From the NCBI RefSeq assembly GCF_004010195.1, contig NC_057718.1, forward strand, positions 96,433,765 through 96,497,764: a stretch of DNA of 64,000 nucleotides, in the 5' to 3' direction. Below are positions 48,781 to 62,044 of this stretch, piece after piece; position 1 is the first letter of the stretch; every line of letters begins with the position of its first letter. Position numbers and translations under genes: made by a program. The stretch is from Chiloscyllium plagiosum. Its lineage: Eukaryota. The notes beneath the pieces are model-generated. The model had not been told where the DNA came from. It saw only the letters and a program-made list of their open reading frames with translations, and did no database searches.

Positions 48781-49921
48781 TAGAATGCAGGAGGAACTCA
48801 GCAGGTCTGGCAGCACCTGTGGGGATCAGAAAACAGAGTTAATCTTTCAAGCCTGACATGACTCTCCTTCAGAATTGAAGGAGCTGGAAAATGGGTGCAT
48901 TTTATATTTATTTTATCAAGATGGAGATGGAACGAGGAGATCATTGGTGTAGAAGCCAGCACAGATGACAAAGGGGTTGATAATTTGGTGAAAGAGAAAC
49001 AAAGATGTAAAAGAGGTGCAAGTGAAGGGGTCAGACGGGTCAGCATGGCTCCTCCCGGATGAGGGTTAAACACGACTCAAGCAACAGGGGGAGGAGAATG
49101 TAAGAAAAATGGAGAACAAAGGTCATGAGGTCAGGGTCTGAGCCAAGCAAATGTCCTACCTGCCCGGATGACAACTTCTCTGGTACTGGAGGTAAATATT
49201 TTGCTCCCAGTGGTGGTGGTGTAAGAGATAGAAGGAGCATTTAAGTAGACTGAGAGATAATGTACTCAAATCCCACTGCCTCCACCTCACTGCCAACTTC
49301 CTGAGAGCTGAGGGTCTCACATGGCCAAATAAGGATGACCCAAGATCCTCAGCCCATCACTGCTGGGATAAACCAGGTGTCCAGGTGGGTCTGACTCCAT
49401 ACAGCATTCCTGAAAGCGGGAAGCTTGCCAGTTTGGAGACTGGGCCCTTGATCAAAGGGTTCCCAGCACCTGATTGAGGGACTGGAGATAAGGCTAGCAG
49501 GTACACACTGGGAGCCAGCCACCTGGCCTTGCTTTCAACCCCCTACTGTCCATGCTAATCCCCACCCCTCCCCCAATCTAAACCGCACCTTCTCCCTCCA
49601 ACAGCCTGGACATTGGTGCTGGGTTTTCCCACAAGTTCTGAGACTCCAGGAATGATGTACTTCCAGCAGCAGCCTGGTCCTCCTCCGTGAAAGGGGTAGC
49701 CAAGTCCTGTTTGGCTGACAGCTCCCAGGAAGCTGAATGTTTACCCCGGCGACCACTGAGTTCACCTTCATCTGATTACACACCCCGAAGCACTTCAGGG
49801 TGTTTTAATGGCTTGAGGGGGCAATGTAAACTCAAGTTATTATGACTGTTGTTCCCCATTTGGCTATACATATGGATAATTACAGGACCCCCGATGTTGG
49901 TTCAAATCCACCTGCACGTTT

Positions 49922-50230
49922 GGGCGGTATGGTGGCTCAGTGGTTAGCACTGCTGCCTCACAGTACCAGGGACCCGGGTTCGATTCCAGCCTCAGGTGGC
50001 TGTCTGTGTGGAGCTTACATATTCTCCCTGTGTCTGGGTGATCCAAAGGTGTGTAGGTTAGGTGAATTGGTCATGCTAAATTGCCCATTGTGTTCAGGGT
50101 TGTGGAGGTTAGGTGCGCTAGTCAGGAATAAATGTACGGTAAGGGAATGGGTCTGGATGGGTTGCTCTTTGGAGGATTGGTGTGGACCTGTTGGGCCGAA
50201 TGGCCTGTTTCCACGCTGTACGGATTCTAA
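49922..50230 (+). mobile_element. HE1 SINE
   Basis: GGGCGGTATGGTGGCTCAGTGG...GGGTTCGATTCC...GGCCTGTTTCCACGCTGTA. Confidence 0.9.
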
Positions 50231-50369
50231 GAAAATTACCATGATTCATTAAGGTGCCTGTTTTTGTTTCCCTGGGAATTTTATTCATTCTCGTCTCTAA
50301 TTTATTTTATTGAAACACAGTCATCAGTTGTACCCAAAGAAAGGTAAAGGCGCCATTGTCTTCCCTGAC

Positions 50370-51970
50370 GAGTCATAGAGATGTACAGCTTGGAAACAGA
50401 CCCTGCGGTCCAGCCCGTCCATGCCGACCAGATATCCCAACCCAATCTAGCCCCACCTGTCAGCACCCGGCCCATATCCCTCCTATCCCTTCCTATTCAT
50501 ATACCCATCCAAATGCCTTTTAAAGATTGCAATTGTACCAGCCTCCACCACATCCTCTGGCAGCTCATTCCATACACGCTTCACCTTTGCGTGAAAAAGT
50601 TGCCCCTTAGATCTCTTTTATATTTTTCCCCTCTCACTCTAAACCAATGCACTCTAGTTCTGGACTCCCCGACCCCAGGGAAAAGACTTTGCCTATTTAC
50701 CCTATCCATGCCCCTCATAATTTTGTAAACCTCTATAAGGTCACCCTTCAGCCTCCGACGCTCCGGGGAAAACAGCCCCAGCCTGTTCAGCCTCTCCCTG
50801 TAGCTCAAATCCTCCAACCCTGGCAACATCTTTGTAGATATTTTCTGAACCTTTTCAAGTTTCACAACATCTTTCTGATAGGAAGGAGCCCAGAATTGCA
50901 TGCAATATTCCAACTTTGGCCTAACCAGTGTCCTGTACAGCCGCAACATGACCTCCCAACTTCTGTACTCAGTACTTTGACCAATAAAGGAAAGCGTACC
51001 AAATGCCTTCTTCACTATCTTATCTACTTGCGACTCCATTTTCAAGGAACTATAAACCTGCACTCCAAGGTCCCTTTGTTTAGCTCCCGAGGACCTTATC
51101 ATTAAGTGTATAAGTCCTGCTAAGATTTGCTTTCCCAAAATGCAACACCTCGCATCTGAATTAAACTCCATCTGCCACTTCTCAGCCCATTGGCCCATCT
51201 GATCAAGATCCTTTTGTAATATGAGGTAACGTTCTTCGCTGTCCACTACACCTCCAAGTTTGGTGTCATCTGCAAAGATATTAACATTACCTCTTATGCT
51301 CACATGATCATTTATATACATGACGAAAAGAAGTGGACACAGCACTGATCCTTGTGGCACTCCACTGCTCAAAGGCCTCCAGTCTGAAAAACAACCCTCC
51401 ACCACCACCCTGTGTCTTCTACCTTGGAGCCAGTTCTGTATCCAAATGGCTAGTTCTCCCTGTATTCCGTGAACTCTAACCTTGCTAATCAATCTCCTAG
51501 GGGGAACCTTGTCGAACGCCTTACTGAAGTCCATATAGATCACATCTACTGCTCTGCCCTCATCAATCCTCTTTGTTACTTCATCAAAAAACCCAATCAA
51601 GTTTGTGAGACATGATTTCTCGCACACAAAGCCATGTTGACTATTCCTAATCAGTCCTTGCCTTTCCAAATACATGTACATACTGTCTCTCAGGATTCCC
51701 TCCAACAACTTCCCCACCACCGAGGTCAGGCTCACTGGTCTATAGTTCCCTGGCTTGTCCTTACTACCCTTCTTAAATAGTGGCACCACGTTAGCCAACC
51801 TCTAGTCTTCCAGCACCTCACCTGTGACTATCGATGATACAACTATCTCAGCAAGGGGCCCAGCAATCACTTCTCTAGCTTCCCACAGAGTCCTAGGGTA
51901 CACCTGACCAGGTCCTGGGGATTTATCCACCTTCATGTATTTCAAGACATCCAGCACTTCCTCCTCTGTA
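50370..51970 (-). mobile_element. CR1/HER1-type LINE, 5'-truncated, largely readable RT
   Basis: ORF 50581-51798 (405 aa): NYRPVSLTS, DFSKAFDKV, GVPQGSVL, FADDTK; short out-of-frame patch; tail at 50370. Confidence 0.96.
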
Positions 51971-52516
51971 ATCCTTCATGGTAACATCAGGAACTGAGCC
52001 CACGCTAAGCTGACCAACCTCTGGACTCAAATAGTGAAGAGTAGAATGCAGTTAAACATTTCTTCTAATATTTAAGAGAGGGAGCGCAAAGGAATTTACG
52101 GTGGTGTGCAGAGCCAGACAGTGTAAATAATGCTCTGTCATAATGACAACCTCCATCAGTCACAATTACTTCCAAATGAGACAACCATGTTAATTCGGCA
52201 TTATGGCCGAGGGTCTTGCAGTGCCTTGTACTCTTATATATAGATCAGAAGATTCAAGTTCAAATCCAACATACCCCAAAGGTATCATATTGAGTCCAAG
52301 CCGTCTTTTTTACAAATTTAATTAAATTTACCTGACTCTTTAAACTGGATATGAATATGTGTAACAAAATATATCAATTTGGATCACTTCAGAACGGCAC
52401 ATACCTGACCTTTAAAGATATTAGTGGTTGCAATATCAAGATTCAGGATGTGTAAACCAGAGGCATAGACCAAAGCTCTACAACTCTAAACCCAACCATG
52501 ATAACTGTTGAATTTA

Positions 52517-52767
52517 TTTTTTCTAAGCCTGATCAGAGGTGTTATTACACAGCCAGTAGCAGGTGGACTTGAACCTGGACTCCTCGTCCAAGGGTGGGAA
52601 CACTACCACTGCACCACAAGAGGGCCTCTAAGAAGGATTTTTAAAATCTTTTTTTTTCTAACCAACCTGCTCAGGGATGTTATTAAACACCTCCAGAGCA
52701 GGTGGGATTTGAACCCAGCTTCCTGGTCCAGGGGCAAGGACACTACCACTGTGTCACAAGAGGGCCA
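52517..52767 (-). mobile_element. dimeric tRNA-derived SINE with 14-bp TSD
   Basis: Two homologous units, each with minus-strand GTGCAGTGGTAGTG-like A box and GGTTCAA B box plus A-tail; TSD AACTGTTGAATTTA at 52503-52516 and 52768-52781. Confidence 0.8.
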
Positions 52768-53199
52768 AACTGTTGAATTTAAATTTTATTAAACAAATTT
52801 GGAATATGTCAAGAATGATGACCATGATTGTTGCAGCGACCTACTTGCTTTACTGATGTCTTTTAGGAGACCTCCCATTCTTCTTTGGTCTGGCCTACAG
52901 TTGACTTTTAATTGCTCTCTGATATGGCCGAGTAATTCATGGAGTTGTACCAAAGCACAATTCTGTTCTACAGCAGGGTATAACCAGATGGAGCACACAG
53001 CATCGAATCAGAGTCTCTGGATCCCATTATAGTCTCATAGCCATCAGACTGAATATGTGTGAGATGGAATGTCTTCCTGATTCCGATGTACCATCCTTCC
53101 TCAATTAATCAATCAACAATCCCTCCTGGTTGCGGATCACTTGAAAAGCAAAAGCGCAGAGACAACTCTAGGGTTGGAACTTCCACATCCACCGGAAGA

Positions 53200-53860
53200 G
53201 GGGCTCAGTAATATTAGAGTAGCATTAAGGCTGCAAGCAGACTATCTCAAACTGTTGCTAGGGAATGAGTTGCTAAAGTGCAGAATTTGGAATGGGGACT
53301 AAAAGCAATGGCTTTCAGCTTCCCAATAATTAACTGGAAGAAATTTCTGCTTGTCCAGTCAGGAATTGCTGGAAAAGCTCAGCAGATCTGGCAGCATCCA
53401 GGGAGAGAAATCAAAGTTAACGTTTCAGGTCGAATGAACCTTCCTCAGAGAAGCAAACTGACGATTGGACATTAGAGGAGCGATGGTGGCTGATGGAGGG
53501 CTGGGAGGTCCTCAGCGGACATGTGAAAGCGAACATAGTCTCACTGATTGATGAGAAATAGGAGGAGGCCACGGGTGGATCCTTGGGGTCAGCAGAGGTC
53601 AAGGAGTGGGAGCAGTACAAGAAGCCATTGCAAGTGTTTCTCTGATGACGCTTAGATAGAAAAGAATCGAATCATGCAAGAGCAGTCCCACCCAGTTGGA
53701 TGACAGTCAACAGGCATCAGAGATTAATTATATTGTCAATCATGTCAAAGGCTGTGAATAGGGCAATGAGGGAAGCGTTAACCTTTGTGACTGCCACTTA
53801 GAATGTCAATTGTATCTTTGATAAGAGTCAGTCAGTACTGTGACAGGGCGTGAAACACAC
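53200..53860 (-). mobile_element. old L2-like RT fragment with PLE family B insert (53362-53450)
   Basis: GGATCCTTGGGG (PQGS on minus), TGTCAAAGGCTG (AFD on minus); insert core CUGAGGA-A-GGUUC-AUUC-GACCU-GAAA-CG-UU-AAC. Confidence 0.6.
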
Positions 53861-54038
53861 ATCAGAGCCAAACACAACTATGAGTATTATTCTATCACCT
53901 AACACCACATTAAACAAGAATAATTGAATAATTCTGCAGTCAGCTCTGCTCTCCCTGCTGCAGGAAAGGTGTTGTCAAACTTGAAAAGGTTCAGAAAAGA
54001 TTTACAAGGATGTTGCCAGGGTCAGAGGGTTTGAGCTA

Positions 54039-54240
54039 CAGTAGAACCCTAGTATCCGCGGATTTGGTTTCCACGGTTTCAGTTATCCATCTACTGGGCC
54101 CAAAAATATTACACAGAACATTCCAGAAGTAATTCCATGGGTGGCTGGAGAGGTGGGTTTCCCAGTTAAATGACAGGGTTCGCTACTATCCGCGGTTTCA
54201 GGCTTCCACAGTAGGTCTTGGATATGGGGGGGGTCACCTG
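54039..54240. mobile_element. Tc1/mariner (Tigger-like) MITE with TA TSD
   Basis: TA|CAG...CTG|TA inserted in CR1 GAGCTA|TAGGGAGAGG. Confidence 0.8.
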
Positions 54241-54572
54241 TATAGGGAGAGGCTAAATAAGCTGGGGCTGTTTTCCCTGGAGGATTGGAGGGTGAGGGGT
54301 GACCTTATAGAGACTAATAAAACCATGAGGGGCATGGATAGGATAAAGAGTCAAGATCGTTTCCCAGGGTAGGGGAGTCCAAAACTAGAGGGCATAGGTT
54401 TAAGGTGAAAGAGAAAAGATTTAAAAGAGACCTAAGGGGCAACTTTTTCACACAGAAGGTGGTGCATTTATGAAATGAGCTGCCAGTGGAAGTGATGGAG
54501 GCTGGTACAATTACAGCATTTAGAAGGTATCTGGATGGGTATATGAATAGGAAGGGTTTAGAGGGAAATGGG

Positions 54573-54804
54573 CCACCTCTCCAGCCGCCCATGGAATTAC
54601 TTCTGGAATGTTCTGGAATGTTCTCCCTGGATGCTGCCAGACCTGCTGAGCTTTTCCAGCAATTCCTGACTGGACAAGCAGAAATTTCTTCCAGTTAATT
54701 ATTGGGAAGCTGAAAGCCATTGCTTTTAGTCCCCATTCCAAACTCTGCACTTTAGAAACTCATTCCCTAGCAACAGTTTGAGATAATCTGCTTGCAGCCT
54801 TAAT
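54573..54804 (-). repeat. inverted chimeric copy of 53224-53406 and 54114-54156
   Basis: Reverse-complement alignment with about 5 substitutions. Confidence 0.93.
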
Positions 54805-55499
54805 TTAGCCTATCTGGTCAGCATGGACGAGCTGGACCGAATGGTCTGTTTCCGTGCTTTACATCTCTATGACTTTATGACTCTATGACACTCCAGTGTC
54901 ACCTCCAGGCAGTACAGGTAGCAGTGACTAATGACACAAGGAATGAGATTTGTCAATCTTCCTCGAGGTTCCCAAGATAAGAGTTGCAACTTTTTGCTTT
55001 CTTGATTGACTTGTGTAAATGTTTCATGTTCTTGCCAACAAAGAATGTGGAACAAGGAGTTTAACTTTGTTTTCCAAGACTTGCACATAATCAGAGACGA
55101 ACAATTCCAGAGCAAATTTTGAAATTATATGAAGAAACAAAAAAAAATTGCCATTCTCTTTAAATGTGAGATAGAACTACTAGATTTGAAGAACATGAGA
55201 ATGGCAGTAAAAAGAAACTTTTAAAAAGCACAGTGATGCATCCCTTACATTATACTTTGAACAAAGAGTTTAAATAAATCAATTGGCTGTCATTTTTAGT
55301 TATTCAAGTTGCCTTGTGTTGGACCTCCAGGAAGGATATTTTAGTTTTCTGGAAATAAAAACGTCCAGGATTCTGTCAGGTTGGCGGGGGAGGGGCTCTC
55401 CAACAAGTTACAGATTGAGTGGGGAGTCCCTGTCATTTCCATTCGGGAGGTCTGACAGAATTTCAGGCACATAAGTGGCCACCTCAGAGATCTTACATG

Positions 55500-55808
55500 A
55501 TTAGATTACTTACAGTGTGGAAACAGGCCCTTCAGCCCAGCAAGTCCACACCACCCCGCCAAAGCGCAACCCACCCATACCCCTACATTTACTCCTTACC
55601 TAACACTACGGGCAATTTAGCATGGCCAATTCACCTAACCTGCACATCTTTGGACTGTGGGAGGAAACCGGAGCACCCGGAGGAAACCCACGCAGACACG
55701 GGGAGAACGTGCAAACTCCACACAGTCAGTCGCCTGAGGCGGGAATTGAACCCAGGTCTCTGGCGCTATGAGGCAGCAGTGCTAACCACTGTGTCACCGT
55801 GCCGCCCA
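55500..55808 (-). mobile_element. HE1 SINE, young
   Basis: Complete, CpG-rich, similar to 21829-22134. Confidence 0.93.
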
Positions 55809-56264
55809 CAAAGGAGTGGAGGACCTGCTCGCTGACAGTGTCCAGCCAATCAGAGCGCAACAGCACCTCGCTGCCACCCAGTGCCAGCAGGAGCGATGGC
55901 AGATGCCAGCAACCCAACGAGGAGAGCCTCAGGGTGCCACACTCTGGGGGAATCCTATACTCAACTCCACCCCCTGGAGGCTGTTGGAAAGCCTGACCAA
56001 ATTGGTTGGGTGGCTTTTGACAGGCACAGGAAAACCACAAAGAATGCTTTTAATCCCCAAATAGTGTGCAGCAGTATACAGCCAGATTTGGTTTAGATTA
56101 GGAGACTGCCTAGGAAAAGGGAAAAGTATGAGGAAGGACAAGACATCTGAGTTGCCGTGGTCCATCTGTGCTGGCAAGCAAATTTCCTTCCCTCAAGAAT
56201 AATAGAGTCATTAGGACATACATGCCTTCTTCTCCTGTATTTGAAATATTTTTCAAAGTACTAA

Positions 56265-56540
56265 ATGCTCACAGCACCAGGGTCCCAGGTTCGATTCCAG
56301 CCTTAGGTATGGAGTTTGCACATTCTCCCTGTGTGTGTCTGGGTTTCCTCTGGGTGCTCCGGTTTCCTCCCACAGTCCAAAGATGTGCAGGTCAGGTGAA
56401 TTGGCCATGCTAAATTGCCCATAGGTTAGGTGTGTCAGTCAGAGGGTAATGGGTCTGGGTGGGTTACTCTTCAGAGGGTCAGTGTGGACTTGTTGGGCCA
56501 AAGGGCCTGTTTCCACACTGTAAGGGAATCTAATCATCTA
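56265..56540 (+). mobile_element. HE1 SINE, 5'-clipped
   Basis: GGTTCGATTCC B box, V-domain, tail. Confidence 0.88.
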
Positions 56541-56964
56541 AAAAAGTAATAAACGCAGTGTCATGTCCTCTAGTCACCATGGTACACAGGTTTACAGTAA
56601 CATGCTGAATAATTAGAGGTGGAATGTAGGTTTGTTTCTTTAAACAGCAGGTCATTCTGATTTCGGATGCACTGGATGCAGCAGATTAAAATGTAACTTT
56701 TGAGAAGGATTCGGACAAATTTTTGCCATTGAAAAGTTTACTGAACCTTTCGGAAAGAACGCAGGACAAAGTGGATGGCTTGTCGAAAATGGTCAGCAAA
56801 GCATGATGGGTAGAAAAGCCTCAGCCTGTGCTGCCTGGCATGGAACTTCAACCCTTGACCTTTGAACTCAACTGTGGAAACACAATTGAGTCAAAGTTTG
56901 TGGGTTCCTGAAGGCATCTTCTGGCTTGCCTCCTCCATGCACTGTCGAAGGAATGCAACTCTAA

Positions 56965-57112
56965 TTGTCAGAGATGCTATTTCTGGGGTGAAATATTAAA
57001 CCAAGGCCCTCTTCATCTGTTCAGGGGAACATTGAAGATCTCAGAGCACTATCTAAAGAGGAGCAGAGAATTCAGCCAGTTTCCTGGCCAACATTCAATT
57101 CTTCATCCAACC
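56965..57112 (+). mobile_element. DeuSINE core remnant
   Basis: TTAAACCAAGGCCC..TCAGG..AAGATC..GCACTAT..AAGAGGAGCAG..TCCTGGCCAACATT resembles the Deu domain. Confidence 0.6.
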
Positions 57113-57149
57113 ATGTCATTCCTCTCACTGATGTTTGACAGTCTTTGAT

Positions 57150-57268
57150 CTGGAGAAAGTGAGGACTACAGATACTGGAGATCAGAGTCGAAAAGTGTGG
57201 GGCTGGATCAGGCAGCATCCGAGGAGTAGGAGTATCAACATTTCAGGCATAAGCCCTTCATCAGGAAA
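57150..57268 (-). mobile_element. PLE-derived family A (family B pieces at 57778-57905 and 58295-58392)
   Basis: Minus-strand CUGAUGA-A-GGGC-UUAU-GCCU-GAAA-UG-UU; TCTTTGATCTGG duplicated at the flanks. Confidence 0.75.
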
Positions 57269-58639
57269 TGTCTTTGATCTGGGCCAACCAGTTGCCACAT
57301 TGTTGTCTAAGACAATAGTGTCTCTACTACAAAAGTAATATATTGAGTCAGGAGTTGTAACTTTTAATGATCTTGTTGCTTCCATCCTCATTTCCATCAG
57401 TCCACAGTGATACTGTACTACCATGCTTTGTACTTCCCTTCTATGGGGTGGTTGACCAGAAGCTTCTCTTACTTTTACTGATTTTGTCTGAATTTACAAC
57501 CTTGTTGGTCATTGCTCGAAAAGAAAGGTCTGACATAGGAATCAAATACGGAACTTTTGGTCATGAGGTAGGGATGCTACAACTTATCCACAAGACTGTT
57601 TTTACTTTTGCACTAAATATGGCAAACGTTTCCTGACTTTCTTTGGCAATCTGACCTCTCCCAAGTATCTGGAAGGTGACTCTGTGAGACTTCCCATCAT
57701 TAATACTGTCAGCTAAATGAGGAACCACAATCACAGGTCGCAAATTAGAACTTCGTCAATCGGGCTAAACGTTCAATAAAAATCCAAAAGAACTGCAGAT
57801 GCTGTAAATCAGACACAAAATCAGAAATGGCTGGAAGAGCTCAGCAGGTCTGGCAGCATCTTTGGAGAGAAATCAGAGTTAACATTCTGAGTCCAGTGAC
57901 CCTTCTTAACCTGGGAGTGGGAAGGCGTGTGGAGGAAGGGAGAGTTCACTGCACAGATTCGGATTGCACTTTAGCAGTTTACGATGGAGATCTTGGGGCA
58001 TTGTGGGGGGGGCATTTCTGTTCCTGAGACAGGTTACACTAACAGGACTCAATGACCGATGAAGGTGCATTCATAATGCAGCCTGGCACATCCCTCCAAC
58101 ACATGGCAGCGGCAAGTGAGAAGGGCAAGAGAGAATCCCAGGCAGCCACATGATGGAAAGGAAGTTGGGGTCTCTACTATCACAACCACAGCTCTGGACA
58201 ACATGCATAAAAAGGTGCAGTGTTGCCTCAATAACTTGAACTCCTCAGTCGAGCTATAACATACCATCACAGTCTATTAAAATTACAGAGATATGACACT
58301 CTGTTCTCTCTCCACAGTTGCTGCCAGATCTGCTGAGTTTCGCCAGCATTTCTGTTTTTGTTTCAGATCTCCAGCGTCCACAGTTCTTTGTTTTATCTAA
58401 ATTACCATTCCACACAGCATGACATCTCTCCTCTGTTGCAAACAGAAGTTGACATGTTTCTGGTCCACACAACCCAGTCTGCAGTTTTAAAGAAAATGCT
58501 GTTTTCTCTGTCCTTTCGTTGTTTTGCTATTGCATCAAGTGTTCACTGATATTCCTTGATGTAGAAAGTACAGCACAGAAATAGATCATTCAGCCCAACC
58601 AGTCCATGTTGGCTTTTATGCTCCACACCATCTTCCTGC

Positions 58640-59430
58640 CTTCAAGTCAGGAGTGTGATGGACTACTCCCCACTTGCCTGGATGAGTGCAGCTCCAACAA
58701 CAAAGAAGCTTGACACCATCCTGGACAAAGCAACCCATTTGACTGGCAACACATCCACAAACATTCACTCCCTCCAATACCAATGCTCAGTAGTGGCAGT
58801 GTGTACCATCTCCAAGATGCACTGCAGAAACTTCATAGAATCCCTGCAGTGTGGAAACAGGCCATTTGGCCCAACATGTTCACACCTACCCTCCGAAGAA
58901 TAACCCACCCAGACCCATTCCCCTACCCTATTTACCCCTGACTAATGCGCCTAACCTGCACAACCCTGGACACTATGTAGCATGGCAAAGTCAGCTAACC
59001 TGTACATCTTTGGATTGTGGGAGGAAACCGGAGCACCCAGAGGAAACCCTCGCAGATACAGGGAAAATGTGCAAACCCCACACAGAGAGTCACCTGAGGT
59101 AGGAATTAAACCCAGGTCCCTGGCGCGGTGAAGCAGCAGTGCTAACCACTGAGTCACCGTGCCACCCTCGGCCAGTACCTTTCAAACCCACAATCACTGC
59201 TACCTAGAAGGACAGTAGGACCTGCAAATTCCCCTCCAAGCCGTTCACTATCCTGACTTGGAACTATTCCTGCTCATTCAATGTTGCTGGGTTAAAATCC
59301 AAAGGAATTCCTTCCTAACAGCACTGTGGAAATACCTACATCAAATAGACTGCAGCAAATCAAGAAGGGTGCTCCCAACCACCCTCCCAAAGGTTAGCCA
59401 GTGAAACCCACCTCACCTGAATGAATTTTT
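58640..59430 (+). mobile_element. L2/CR1-group LINE 3' fragment with nested antisense HE1 (58835-59167)
   Basis: QVRSVMDYSPLAWMSAAPTTKKLDTI. Confidence 0.82.
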
Positions 59431-59499
59431 AAAAAGTCATCCAAACCATCAGCCTGACATACTATTTCTAAAAAATACTTTCACAGAAGTAGTCATGAG

Positions 59500-59693
59500 T
59501 TGGAGGTGCCGGTGTTGGACTGTGGTGGACAAAGTTCAAAATCACACAACACCAGGTTATAGTCCAACAGGTTTATTTGGAAGCACCAGCTTTCGAGGCG
59601 CTGCCTGTTCATCAGCGGTGAAGAGGCACTGCTCCAAAAGCTAGTGCTTTGAAATAAACCTGTTAGACTATAACCTGTTGTCTGATGTTTAAC
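59500..59693. mobile_element. palindromic PLE-derived miniature element (family D)
   Basis: Inverted arms as at 39131; minus core CUGAUGA..AGGC-AGC-GCCU..GAAA-GC at 59584-59617. Confidence 0.8.
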
Positions 59694-60743
59694 TTCACAG
59701 ATGTAGACGGGCTATCATTGGTTGTCCATCTTTAATTGCCATGGAGACAGAGGTGGGCAGCTGCTCTCTTCGACCACTGCAATTCCAATGCCTTTTCTCC
59801 CCTGCCATTCCTTTCTGGATTCTCTTAAATGCATCTGCGCAGTTTGCCTCAAATATTCCCAAGTTTCACATTCTAACTACTGTCTGTTCAAAGAAGTTTC
59901 CATCGAACTTGCTGTTGGATTTCTTAGTGCACTTCTCATAGCTATGGGCCCTGATGTTGCAACTACCAAAACCAGCAGCTTTGTTCCAGTTCTATATTTT
60001 CTGTCACTTTGTCCCTCAGTAAGAAAGTCGCGTTGCTTTGATTTAGCAATGTGAACAAAGAAATTTCAAAGGAGAAAAGGCTTTATTTCCTCCCCAGTCT
60101 CTGCTTTTCAATCTCAGCTGTATGTAGACGAGTACAAGATGTTACTTTCCATTAACAGCCTCAGGATATTAAATAAAGAAGAAATATGGCCTGAGCAGTT
60201 ATTGCAACAGAAGCCATTTAATGCCAAGTAACTTCCTGAACTCTGAAGTAGATCATGATTATAAATTATGATGATGTTGTTTAAGTATCTAAAAGGGTAC
60301 TGTCACAATAAAAAGTTGACAGAAAACACACTGGTGTTCAAAACAGCGAAGAGCCTGTGTTTTTTTCCCCCGGTACGCAGATGCCACCTGCAAGTTATAC
60401 AATGGCACATGTTGATGCAAACTGCATCTTTGCAAATAAAATTATAGAATTGCACAGCCCGGCCCATCATATCTGTAATATCTTACCGAATCAGCAACTC
60501 TCCTTATACTGTTCCCCTCCCTTCCACCTGAAACACTGCACATTGGTGCCTTAGTATTACAGTGGGAGGAAAACATTTGCAAAGTAATTCATCATGAGGA
60601 TAACATTTCTTTTAAAAACTAACAGCATCATTGCAGTTTTCCAGCCATACTTTACAAGGGTTTTGATGGTGATTATCTGCAGTGGAGTTATTTAGTTAAT
60701 GTACCACAATCCTTTTGACTACCATCTAGGGGGGAAGAATTCA

Positions 60744-61082
60744 GATTTGATTTGATTTGTTACGGTAACGTGTACCAAGGTACAGTGAAAAATGCTGTCT
60801 TCCATGCTTTACAGGCAGATAATTCTATAAAAGTTCATCAGCGTAACAGAATAGAGTGTAGAATGCAATGTTATAGCTCTGAGACGGTGCAGAGAGAGGG
60901 ATCAACATTAGCATTAAAGAGGTTGATTCCAGAGTCTGCTAAGTTTCTTTGTGAACCTCCTGTGCAGTGTAACCTTGTATGACTTGCTCTGTCTAAGCAC
61001 CCTATGATATGTATGTTTTTGTTTGCTATGATCTTCACAAAGCTTTTCACTGTGACTACAATAAATCAAATCAAATCAAATC
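60744..61082. mobile_element. element with inverted (GATTT)n/(AAATC)n LINE-like tails
   Basis: GATTTGATTTGATTT...TACAGTGAAAA and TTTTCACTGT...AAATCAAATCAAATC. Confidence 0.5.
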
Positions 61083-62044
61083 TTCATTCAGAGCCTATAT
61101 CAACCCCCAACTTGCAGCTTTTAATTCATTTTGATGGATACTCATGATTTCAGAGTGCCTCCTGTTGTGTTATGCCTCATGATCAGTGTGTTAATGTGCC
61201 TTAAAGAGACATGCTCAAGTCATGACTATAGCATGTGACCTGAAGGTGTAAAACCTCATACTTCATCTTATCCCTGGATCATGACACACCACCGGAATCA
61301 CGATCCTCTGTTGTAAGCCAATGGCTTAATATATGCACAAACAATTACGTGCTTGAGGAAGGTAATACTCGTACATAATACTTAATTGTAACAAACATCT
61401 ATTGGATTCTACAATACCATGATATCCGAGACCAAGTTGCTAATTTTACAGGACTAACAAAAAGTTGCCAGTTTTAACATAAACACTGCTGCAATCTGCA
61501 AACCCATGCCATGGTAGCGACAGGGGCATCAATAAAAGACTCCAGTATCTTGGTGGTAGGCATTCGGAACATTACTTGAAGACCAACTGTTTTGGACAAT
61601 GGTGAATTTCAACAAAGCAGGAGTTCCTCAGATGTAAGCAGTATCTGTTCATGTTTGATTCTCTCAAGCAGTTTTTTGCAGCAAAATCATGCTTACTGTA
61701 ATACTACAACCATTGGAAAGTCATGATTCACAAATGGTTACATGTAAAAAGGCAAGGAGGTTGTCTCTTGCAAGAAAAAGAAAGTTTATTGCTCTTGGTT
61801 CAAAACCCTGGCACCTCTACAATGCCCTGATGTTAAAACTCTCACCCTTTATTCAAGTACCATTGTGGCTTCGCACTCTGTCTATCGTCACAGCCTCCTC
61901 CAGCTGCACAATATCCACACTGCTCTAATCCTCACCTATTCAGCATCCCCTCTTGTAATAACTTCACCTTGTGCTGAGACCATCAGGCTCTGGCACCCCT
62001 TTTTGAAGCCTTCTTTAAGACCTCATCACTCCGATGTTCATGGA

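Larger units (their letters stand above)
53965..54890 (+). mobile_element. CR1 3' fragment carrying a MITE and a templated insertion
   Basis: KLEKVQKRFTRMLPG ... RGNFFTQKVV; CTATGACT tail 54866-54890. Confidence 0.9.

Noticed and set aside
50581..51798. Active or domesticated reverse transcriptase
   Set aside because: 5'-truncated, no endonuclease, contains an out-of-frame patch; an ordinary young CR1 copy.
57370..57740. Possible coding exon
   Set aside because: Stops in the minus frames; LMTKSSVFDSYVRPF resembles an ancient RTE-like LINE remnant, too weak to list.
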